DNA of 64,000 bases from Prasinococcaceae sp. CCMP 1430 (Eukaryota; Plantae; Prasinodermophyta): positions 43,696 through 107,695 of the forward strand of contig RQSC01000015.1 of assembly GCA_013416795.1 (NCBI GenBank). The letters run 5' to 3'. Positions 24,734 to 35,500 of the stretch are shown here, piece after piece. The notes under the pieces are model-generated. The model saw nothing but the letters and a program-made list of their open reading frames with translations, searched no databases and was not told the origin of the DNA. The translations under genes and the position numbers were made by a program. Each line of letters begins with the position of its first letter. Positions within the stretch are counted from its first letter, which is position 1.

Positions 24734-26369
24734 ATGGACGCCGGCGGCAGCGGCGGCGGCGGGAGCGGCGGCAGCGGGAGCGGGGCGTGGGTGGCGTCGG
24801 CACGGAGCGCGCGCCACGCGGTGTTGCTTGCAATCCAGGCGCTCGGCGTGAACGATGCCGCCGTGCGCGAGGCGCGTGCGGAGAGGGACGCGATAAGGGC
24901 GGAGATCGAATGGATCGGCAATGGATGCCATGGAGCGATCGGCTGCGATCCCGGCGCGGCTGTCGACGCCACTGACAGTGCCGCGGGTGACAGCAAGTGT
25001 GGTGCCGGAGGCCTCCGCTCTGCGTCAGCGGAGCGCTCGCGCAAGGCGCTGCTGCTAGTGACGCAGGTGTTTGGTGCCAGCGCCAGCGCCGTGCAGGAGG
25101 CGCGCGCGGAGCTCGTTGCCTTGAAGGAGGAGCTCGACCTGTCCCTTACTAACTGGAAGCCTCTGGGTGATGAATCGATTATGGCAGGACCTTTGGACGT
25201 CCAAGTATTGCTCCGGCATGCCGCGCGATACGGTGCAGAGTATGCGCTCCGCCACGCGTTGTCGCGAGGGGCGAATGTGGACGTGAAAACACTTATGTTC
25301 GCAAGTTATGGCGGCAAAATGAACTGCCTGCGGCTGTTGCTCGAGGCCGGGGCCGGCATAGACAAGGCCGATTTCTATGACATGACACCGTTGCATGTGT
25401 CGGCTGAGTGCGGGCACCTTGATTGCCTGCGGCTGCTGCTCGAGGCGGGTGCCGAGACGGACAAGGCAGATCTGGATGGCAAAGTTGCGTTGCACTACGC
25501 CGCCTCGCGGGGCCGTCTCGACTGCCTGCGGCTGTCTGCTTGAGGCCGGGGCCGACAAGGACAAGGCCGATGGCATTGGCTTGACACCGCTGCATCTAGC
25601 TGCTGAGAGAAATACGCCAGACTGCCTTCGGCTGTTGCTCGAGGCGGGTGCCGAGACGGGTAAGGTGGATTGGGATGGCAGAGTTGCGTTGCACTACGCC
25701 GTCTCGTGGGGCTGTGGCGGCGGTCTCGACTGCCTGCGGCTGCTTCTCGAGGCGGGCGCCGACAAGAACAAAGGCGACACGATGGGCCGCACACCGCTGC
25801 ATCAAGCGGCTGAGTGCGAACGCCTTGATTACCTGCAGCTGCTGCTCGAGGCTGGTGCCGACATAGACAAGGCCGATTGCAATAGCAGGACACCGTTGCA
25901 TGTGTCGGCTCAGTGCAGGCACCTTGATTGCCTGCAGTTGCTGCTCAAGGCGGGTGCCGAGACGGACAAGGCAGATCAGGATGGCAGAGTTGCGTTGCAC
26001 TACGCCGCTTGGTCGGGCCGTCTCGACTGCCTGCGGCTGCTGCTGGAGGCTGGCGCCGACAAGGACAAAGGCGACACAATTGGCGACACACCCCTTCATG
26101 AAGCGGCTAGGGCTGGACACCTCGATTGTCTACAGCTGCTTCTCGAGGCTGGCGCCGACAAGGACAAGGTCAACACGATTGGCGACACACCCCTGCATAA
26201 AGCGGCTAGAGTGGGATACCTTGGTTGCCTGCGGCTGCTGCTCGAGGCGGGCGCTGACGCATCCGCTCGCAACCACGTTGGCCGCACGCCGCTCGACATC
26301 GCCGAACTAGTCAGAGAAAAGGAGGCCGCGGCGCTGCTGCGCCAGCACGCCACCCCCCGCGCGCCGTAG
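24734..26369 (+). pseudogene. Ankyrin gene A11 (9 internal repeats) with a +1 frameshift; pseudogene or sequencing error
   Basis: An extra T at 25535 in the framework (ctgcggctgTctgcttgag) gives TGA at 25541. The downstream frame 25536-26369 continues uninterrupted ankyrin repeats. Confidence 0.8.
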
Positions 26370-26638
26370 AGGGCCGAGCCCGTCGAGGAGCCCAAAACAA
26401 GCAAGCGCCTGTGATGCTGACCGTGAATGAGCGCACAGTCGCGCACGGCGCACCGCGTGGCGACTTGATGCGTGCGTGCGTGTGTGCTTGGCGGCGTGCC
26501 CATGCGTTACGGCGCGCGTGCGCGCGCGTGTGTGCGCCCTGCGCGCCCGCGCGCGTGCGCGTGTGCAAGTTCTGCCTCGTGCGGGTGTGCGATGGGGAGG
26601 GCGGGGTGTGGGAGAAGGAGCGATCGCGCGCGCGCCCC

Positions 26639-26748
26639 TCAGTCCTCGCCCTCCTCGTCGTCGTAGTCGCTGTCGTCCTCGTACTGCTCGCGCGGGCACA
26701 GGGCGCGCGCGCGTGCGTGCGTGCGTGTGTGTGTGTGTGTGTGCATGT

Positions 26749-26823
<75 letters not shown>

Positions 26824-27569
26824 CGTGTGCGCGCGTGCGTGTGTGTGTGTGCGTGTGCACGCGTGTGTGCGATGGCGTCAGCACTTGCATGTGCGTGCAC
26901 GTGCGTGCAAGGGCGCATGCGCGCGCGCGCACGCACGTCGTCGTCGTCGTCGACCGCGACGGGCGCGGCCTTGGGAACGGCCACGGCGGGGGCCGGCGCC
27001 GACGCGGCCTGCATGGCGGCGACGGCGGCCGCCGCCTGCGAGAGGATGCGCGCGCGGGTCGCAAGCGTCAGCGCCAAGCTCGTGCGCGCGTTTGCGCGCA
27101 CACACACGCACGTACAAATCTACGCATCCACACACACACACAGACGTGCCCACACGCAGGCGCGCTTCCCTCCACACACGCACATTCGAGGCGGCCGCCG
27201 CGTCCGCCCCCTCGGCGCCCTCGTCGTCGTCGCCTCCCGCCGCGGCGAGCGCCTTCGCCGCCGCCTCGCCCGCCGCGCCCTAGTGAGCCCTTCCGCGCGC
27301 GCGCGCGCGCCAGCGCCCTCACCCGCGCACGCCACGCCCGCGAGGATGGTGAGCCTCACGAGGCTGCCCAGCACGCGCGCGAGCGGCCCCGCCGGCGGCG
27401 GCGCGGGCTTGTGCTTGCGCAGCAGGCGCGCCACCTCGGAGACGCTCGTCCCCACGTAGTCGGTGAGCTTCTGGCCGTTGGCGAAGATGGTGAAGGTGGG
27501 CAGCTGGCGGACGGCCATCACCTGCGAGGAGGGACGCGCGCGCGGGTGTGAATGCGTGCGTGTGTGTCA

Positions 27570-27634
<65 letters not shown>

Positions 27635-27955
27635 ATGTGTGTGTGTGTGTGTGCATGTGAGTCTACGTTCGCACACGTGTCCGAATCACCCATGGCAGGC
27701 TACGCAAGCACACACACACACACACACACATGCACACACCCACACACGCCCTCGCAAGCGCACACACTCGCCCGCGCGCGCCCCCGCGCGCGCACCTGCG
27801 CGACCATGGGCACGCGGTCGATGTCCACGCGCATGAAGACGACGTCCTTCTCCATGCGGCTCAGCCGGTTGATGGCGGGCGTGACCACCTTGCACGGGTG
27901 GCACCAGTTGGCCGTGTACTGCAGCAGCGCGAGCTTGTTCGCGGACTGCGCGCGT

Positions 27956-28024
<69 letters not shown>

Positions 28025-28238
28025 CGTGAGCGCGCGCGTGTGTGTGTGTGTGTGAGTGTCAGTGCGTGTGTATGACATACACGTGTGTGTGTGTGTGTGT
28101 ATGCGCGTGTGTGCGCGCTCGCGCTCGCGCTCGCACCTTGGCCGCGGCGAGCAGCCGCTGCAGCTCCTGGTAGGAGCCCACCACGCGCACGCGGCCGAAC
28201 GAGGCCGCGCCCGCGTGGGCGCGCGTGCGCTTGTGCAT
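26639..28238 (-). CDS. Thioredoxin-domain protein with WCHPC active site, C-terminal hydrophobic segment and acidic tail (N-terminus uncertain)
   Basis: Minus-strand exons give [20 protein letters not shown] / [45 protein letters not shown] / [25 protein letters not shown] / ..DDDDD / [15 protein letters not shown]. Confidence 0.8.
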
Positions 28239-28886
28239 CGCGCGCGCGCGCCTGCGTGCGCGCGTGCGTGCGTGTGTACACGCGTGTGCGTGCACGCCCC
28301 CGCGCGTGTGTGTGCGTGCGCGTGCGCGTGCGCGCCTGGTTGGAGCAGGCGTCCGATGCGCGCCGCCGTCGCACGGCGTGTGGCGCACGCGCGCACACAC
28401 ACACACACGCACACACACGCACACACACACACACACACACGATCGCGCTCTCACACACGACCACCCACGCGCCCTCGCCTTCGCCAGCGCGTGCACGCGA
28501 TCGCACACACACACGCACACACGCACACACACGCGCGCGCACGCACACACACACGCGCGTGGGTGGTACGCACACACGCTCACACGCGCATGGCAGAGCA
28601 GATCTCAGCCATCGACGGGCCAGCTTTCATTTCATCACCGTCTAATTAAAAATATATGTAATATTGACATCAAAACCGCGTGATGTGGTGATTTGAAACA
28701 GCCTTACGCGCATCTCGCCGTCAAGCCGAGCCGCCCACGTGCCAAAGCCCTAATGAATGCAGACCCTGATGCGCGGGCGTGTCGACCCTAAATGCGCGGC
28801 GGGTGGGTTTGGGTTTGTGGGAGCAGCCGGTCCCCCCCGAGCGCGCTGCGAACGCGCGAGCGTGGCAGGGGCGTGGAGTGTGTGAC

Positions 28887-28919
<33 letters not shown>

Positions 28920-29476
28920 ACGTGTGTGCCAGAGCGCGCGCGATAGCGCGCTCTCCCACGGCCTCGGACGCCAGACCTCGAGCAGGTGGGCGACGACTGG
29001 GTACCCTGCCGGAAAAGCACGGGCGTGCGCGCACACGCACGCAGGCGCGCACGCACTCGCGCAAACGTGCAGACACACACGCGCTCGCGCGCACGAGGAG
29101 ACTCCCTTCCCCCTGCAACAAACTGTGCATTATTGACGCCAACGCGCGATGCGGCCGGAGCTCGCCGGCCGGGCCGGCGCGCCGGGCGTGTGTTGCACGC
29201 GCGCGCGCGCACGCGTGCGGAGGTTGCGCGCGCGAGGACCAGAGGCGTGCGTGCGCCAGCCAGGGCGTCGTTATAACGCCCCCGTTCGCACCGCCTCGAC
29301 GCCCCCTCGCTGGCCGCCGCCCCTCGCTGTACTCGCCCTCGCTGCCTGGCCCCGCGCTGCGTGGCAGCTTCGCAGCCGCCGCACCGCCGCCAGCAATCTG
29401 TCTCTGTGTCATCATCCCCATCCTCTGTGCCCCCCCCAGCCCCCCACGCGCTTCCTTCTTTCCCCACGCCGCCTGC

Positions 29477-31226
29477 CTACATGTTCTCGTAGAGCGCCTT
29501 GTCGACGCCGTTGAAGTAGGGGTGCTTGAGCGCCTCCTTGGCACCAATGCGCTTGGAGGGGTCGTACTGCAGCATGCGGCTCATGAGGTCGATGCCGTCG
29601 GCGTTGAGCTCGGTGATGACCTTGCCGAGGTCCTGGGGCTTCCACGCGGGGAAGTCGTGCCAGTCGCGCAGCTTGGAGACGCCCGGCCACACGCCCTCCG
29701 AGGGCGTGCCGAGCAGCTTGAAGATGTGCAGCAGCTGCTGCAGCTCCGAGTCGCCGGGGAAGAGCGGCGCCTTGCGCGCCAGCTCGGCGAAGATGCAGCC
29801 CACCGACCACATGTCCACCGGCGTGGAGTAGTGCGTGCCGCCGAGCAGCACCTCGGGCGCGCGGTACCACAGCGTGACGATCTCGTGCGTGTAGCTCTTG
29901 ATGGGCACCGAGAAGGCGCGCCCGAGGCCGAGGTCGGCGATCTTGAGGATCATCTTGCGCTTGTCCACCAGCAGGTTCTGCGGCTTGAGGTCGCGGTGCA
30001 TCACGCCGTGCGAGTGCAGGTGCGCCAGGCCCTTGCACAGCTGGTACATGAAGCTCTGCACCACCTTGTGCGGGAGGGGGTTCGCCGGGCCGCGGCCGGT
30101 GAGGTCCATGTACTTCTTCAGGTCGGTGTCGCAGAACTCGAACACCTTCGGGCGGCGGGCGCGAGCGTCGGAGCGTCAGCTTGGGCGCGCGCGCGCGAGT
30201 CTCTGCGACGGCCGCCGGGCAACCGCATGCGCGCGTGCGCGCTCGCTCGCGCGCGGTTCGCGCTCCGGCCGCCCCGCGCCCACCCGAGCGACACCCTCGC
30301 CACGGAGCAAAGGGCGGCGCGATGGCGACGGCGCCGGGCGCGAGCGCGCACTGCCCATCGCCACGCCGCGCGCTCATCGGCGCAAGCGCGCGCGCCACGC
30401 ACCAGGTAGAGGATGGGCTTGCCGGCCTCGTCGACGTGCTCGACGGACAGCAGGCTGCGAGGGAAGGAAAGAGGGGAGAACAAGCCACGCGCGTCAGCAG
30501 AGGCGGCGGCGGGGTGGTCAACGCAGCGGCGGCGCTCAAGGGCGGCGTCGAGGCGAGCGCGAGCGCCAGGAGCAATCGATGCGGCGCGGCGGGAGCGGCG
30601 GCAAGCGCTCAACAGGCGCACGGGGGAAAAGTGTGTGTTGCAGGAAAATGGCGCGCGCGCGCATCGGCGCGGCAGGCGTGGGCAGGGCCGGGAATGCGCT
30701 CTCCCTCGCAGCACCGACGTCAAGCGGACGACCACGGCTTCGCACGGAGCGGGCCTCGCGACCCGCGAGCTCGCGACGAGGCGGGGAGGGCGCGCGCACG
30801 GGGGCGGGATCGACTGTGCATCCCCCCCTCCGTCGCGCGCGCGAGCGCTGTTTTTTTTTTTTTTTTGGCGAGCGCTCGGCAGCGCCGCGACGCACCGCAC
30901 GACGAACTCGGTCTCGGAGAGCATCTGCAGCAGCGACACCTCGCGCAGGGCGGTGGAGGGCACGCCCTCCTCCTCCATCTCGAGGCGGGTCTTCTTGAGC
31001 GCCACTGCGAGGGCGAGGCGCCGGCGGGGCGAGCGAGGGGCCGGAGGCAAAGGTCAGCGGCGCGCGGCGCGCTTCGCTCGCTCGCTCGGTCGCTCGCTCG
31101 CACGCTCGCGCGGGCGCGCGCGCACGCACCGAGCTGGCCCGTGTGGCGGTCGCGCGCCTTGTACACCTTGCCGTAGGTGCCCTCTCCGATCTTCTCCAGC
31201 TTCTCGTAGCGGTCCATGGACGACAT
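29477..31226 (-). CDS. CDKB: B-type cyclin-dependent kinase (PSTALRE)
   Basis: Four exons: MSSMDRYEKLEKIGEGTYGKVYKARD, VALKKTRLEMEEEGVPSTALREVSLL, HRDLKPQNLLV, KIADLGLGRAF, HEIVTLWYRAPEVLLG. Confidence 0.95.
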
Positions 31227-31329
31227 GGCGGCCGGCTTCGGGAAGTCGGGGGGGGAGAGCGTGAGCGCGGCGGGGCGGCGCGCGCGCTGTGGCGCCCCCT
31301 CCGGGCCGCGCGCGAGACGCGCACCAAAC

Positions 31330-32345
31330 GACGGCTTTAAAACTCGTTTCTTGCGCCGTCACACCAATGCATTATGATACCACATACGCGGAATTACTTC
31401 AATTTAAAATGTAATTCTGTGTTTTGTTCCGCCATCCCCGGCTTTCGAACGCCGCGCGGGCCCGCGCGCGCGCCGGCTGGAGTCCGCAAAACAGCGCTGA
31501 ACAAATTCATTTTAATATTCATTTGTTATACAAAAATTACATAGAGGGCTTTGAAATGCAACAACAGCGCCGAATTTGCCACGCGCCCGCGCCCGCGGAA
31601 CGCGCGCCGCCGAACGCCAAAAAAAAAGGAAAAAAAGAAAAAAAGTGCGCCAACGGGCGGATTCGGGGCGCGCCGGTGAAACAACAGAATAAGGTCAATT
31701 TAAGGTACTAAAAACCGCAATATGCACGCGCATGTTATGTTATGTAGTGATTGAAGATAGTTAAGCGGATTGGATTTGAGATGGGCCCACGGCGCGCGCG
31801 CGCGCGCGCCTCCGATGCGCCCCCGCCAAACCGCAGAATATGTGTAATTTGAGGAACGCATCGACGCCACATGCCGCGCCCATTCACATTCCCAACATCG
31901 CCAAATGCACATTCGCTGGTTTCGAATTGGCGAGCGTCCGCGCCGCGCGCGCGCGCGGCGCGAGTGCGCTTTGATCTGCGGCGGCGCGAACAGCCGTATT
32001 TCGCGAGCGCGCGCGCGCGCGCGCGCGCGGAGGTTGAGGTTCGCCTCGCCTTTGATAGTACATGAATTCAAAAAAGCCTTACAAAATAGCCACGGGAAAG
32101 TTTCTCCGCGCATTCGTTCACTCCACCACATCAATTAAAAATCATCTCAGAAAACCACGGGAGGCCCCCAACAGCCGCGTCCACAGAGGCCTCGCAAGCC
32201 TTCGTTTTGACTGCTCAACGCCCTCCGGCGCCCCCGCGCGCAACCTTTGGGGTTCGCCCGACGCTTTTTTCCCCTCCTTTCCGTTGTGATATTGAAAGAC
32301 GCCTGCATTCGTCCGCGTGTAAAAAGGGTTTACGAAGAAGGTCAA
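31330..32345. promoter_or_regulatory. AT-rich intergenic region, probable divergent promoter for CDKB (minus) and TIC236 (plus)
   Basis: Sharp drop in GC content, with A/T tracts alternating with CG runs, between two head-to-head genes. No credible ORF. Confidence 0.5.
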
Positions 32346-32515
32346 AATGAATGGTGCGGGCGCGCGCGCGCGAGCGCGCGCTCACCAGACCGCGCGCGCG
32401 GGGCGCTGCGTGGGAGGGGCGAGGGTGGCGTCGGGTGGTGGGGGGCCTGTGTGGCAGCGCCCCACCCCCCGCCGCGTCGCCCTCCCGCGAGGGCCGAGCG
32501 CGCTCAGAGGCGCAT

Positions 32516-35500
32516 GCGGTAGCGCCTGTTCGGGGCGCGCGCGTCGCGGCGCTCGACGGCCTGCACGGCGCGCTCGCCGAGTACGTGGGCGAGCGCGTGC
32601 TGCCCCGCATCGAGGCGCTCGCCTCGGAGCTCGCGGAGCGGCACGTGCGGCTGGGGCGCGTCGTCTCCATCACGCCCACGAGCGTCGAGTTCGAGGGCGT
32701 CGAGGTCGGCCCGCAGCGCGGCGGCGGCGAGGCGAGCTCGCTGCGCGTGCACCGCGTGCGCGTCGAGCTGCTCCCCTGGCAGGGCGCCGCGCGCTGGCGG
32801 CTCGNTGCTCGCGATCGAGGCGGACGGCCTCGCGCGCAGGCGCGGGGCGAGGCGGCGCGCGCGCGGCGCGGGGGGCGCGAGCCACGGCGGCGACGTGCAG
32901 TTCCGCGGCTCGCTCAACTTCGGCACCGGGGAGTTCCTGTCGACCACCAAGGCGCAGGGCCTCCACGCGCCCCTCCTCGAGTACGGCCTGGACATCCCCT
33001 TCTCCATTCAGGGGGGGACGCTCGACGGCGAGCTGGCCGTCAACCTGCACGAGGGCGCGCTCTTCCCGTCGTACCACGGCACGGTCAGGGCGCGCGGCGC
33101 GGAGTTCACCATCGACGACGCGCCCAGCAGCTTCAACGGGGTCGACATGGACCTGGTGTTCGAGGGCGAGAGGATGTACCTGCACAACGCGTCGGGCGCG
33201 TACGGCGCCATCAACCTCAAGGCGAGCGGCGACATGGACCTGAACCCCGTGTGGGGCCAGTACCGGCTCACGGCGCAGACCACCAAGCCCACGCACGCGA
33301 TGCCCTTCCTCAAGACGGTCAAGGCGCGCCCGCCGCCGTACCCCCTCACCGCCATGCTGCAGGGGACGGTGCACATCAACGGCCCCCTCGAGTTCCCCGT
33401 GCTGTCGGGCGCCGCGCACGCCGAGCCGTACACGGTGGAGCACGTGACCGACTGCGCGGAGCAGGCGGTCGCGCAGACGCCCGGCGCCGTGGCGGCGTAC
33501 GACAAGGTCCCCTTCTCCTCGGCGAGCACCACCTACGTGTACGACACCGCCTCCGAGGTGCTGGAGCTGCACGGCATCAAGGTCGAGCCCGTCGGAGGCG
33601 GCGTGGTCACCGGCGGCGGCTCCATCTGGGTGTCGCCGTGCGCGGAGCAGGACCCCACGGCGACGGACGTGCTGCTCACTGGCACCGACCTCCCCGCCGA
33701 CGAGGTGCTGCGTCTCTACGCGCCGGCGGCCGAGAGCGTGAGCGGGGCGCGCGTGGGCTCGCTGCGCGCCGACATCGCGCTCAGGGGCGCCGCCATCGCG
33801 CCCGGCATCGACGTGAAGTTCGAGGCCGGCGAGGCCAAGGGCGCGCTGCGCGGCACGCGAGGCACGCTCTCGCTCAACAGGCAGCGCATCTCGCTCAACG
33901 CGAGCGCCGATCAGTTCGACTTTGACGTGCGCTTGCCCGTCAAGTACCCCCCGCTCAGCGTGCTGCGGCAGGCGTGGACGCGCGAGGCGGCGGCGGCCGC
34001 CGCCCAGCCCGAGATTCTCGGGTGCGAGATGGACGCGCGACTGCACGGCGTCGACGTCATGGCGCTCGCGAGCGGCGAGGACAGCAACCCGAACTCGGCG
34101 GCGCACTGCCGACTGTCCGGGCGCGCGCGCTACAGCGGCACCGTCAGCGTGATTGGCGGCGCCGCGCCTGCGCCGTCCGCGGCGGCGCCGACGGGCGGAG
34201 CGCAGCAGCGGCAGCAGCAGCAGGCGGCGCACCCTCCCGAGCACCCCGTCGTGCGCATGGACGGCGACCTGCAGCTGTCGGGCGTGCGCCTCAACCACCT
34301 GAAGCTCGCGGACCGCCTGCGCGGCAGCTTTGCCGTCGACACGCTCGGCTGCGCTGCTGTCGACGTGCGAGGTCGGGCGGACGAATACCTCCACGCGCGC
34401 GCCGCGCCGCCCGGGGCTGCCGCCGCGAGCACGGGCACCGTGTCGCCCATCCCCTCGCTGCTGCAGCCGCCCGGCGCGCCCCCGATGGATCTCGGCGAGC
34501 GCGGCGGGTCGCTGCTCAGCCTGCGCAGGGGGAACATGCGCCTCGACGCGCACTGCGGGCCCGGTCTCACGCACGCGACTGTGACCGAGCTGCCGCTCGA
34601 CGACCTCGAGATCGCGTCCCTCAGAGGCGTCGTCGAGAGCGCGAACGTGGAGCTCGACTTCATGCGCCGCAAGGGCGCAGGGCACATGGAGCTCCTGGCG
34701 CCGCGCTTCAGTGGCCTGGTCGGCGAGAGCTTCACGTCGGGCTTCAAGTGGGCGGGGGACGTGGTCGAGCTCGAGCCCACTGTGCTGCAACAGGAGATTT
34801 CGCGCTACGAGCTGCGCGGGCAGTACGAGGTGCCAACGCTCGAGCGGCGGGCCAGCGCGGCGGCGGCCGCCGCCTCCTCCCCGGTGAACACGCGCGAATC
34901 CACGGGGGCGGTCGCGGCCGCGGCGGCGGCAGCGGCGGCGACAGCGCCAAAGGTCGGCGAGAGCGCTCGATGGGCGTGGGAGCTGAACGTCCCCGTGGCG
35001 GAGATCGCGGAGGCCCTGCCCGCGGCGCAACTGCTTTCGCAGTCCACGCGCGGCGAACTTGACTTTGGCGCCGCGGTGGGACGCACGAAGCTCGCTTTCG
35101 TCGAGGGCGTCAAGGGCCTCGGCGTCGTCGCCGACGAGCTCACGCAGCAGTTGGAGATTGCCGCGGGACTCGAGGCCGGGAGGCTCAACACGGCGGGGGC
35201 CGCGAGCGACGGCGCGGGCGCGGCGAGCGGAGGCGGCGCCAAGCAGGGCAAGCGTTCCAGTGACGCCCCGACGGCGCCCGCCAAAGAGCTCGCCGTCGGG
35301 GACTCCGGTGGCAGTGGCGGGTCCCTCCCCGGGCTCCGCGATCTGCGCGGGCGCTGGCAGGGCCGCGTGGAGGCGAGCGGCACCAAGGAGGGCATGGACG
35401 AGGCCACGCACACCGCCGTCTTCGATCTGCGTGGCGCCGGCTGGCAATGGGGTGCGCACACGCTGCAGGAGCTCGCCGCGAGCGGCAGCTTTGACTCCGA

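Noticed and set aside
10582-26369. Regularly spaced ~99-bp conserved/variable pattern that resembles a CRISPR array
   Set aside because: The periodicity is the 33-aa ankyrin repeat inside open reading frames. The genome is eukaryotic and no cas genes are present.
31650-31656. MSA-like CCAACGG upstream of CDKB, and E2F-like TTTCGCGC words near the ankyrin promoters
   Set aside because: Single short matches in CG-rich sequence are expected by chance, and I have no positional or comparative support.
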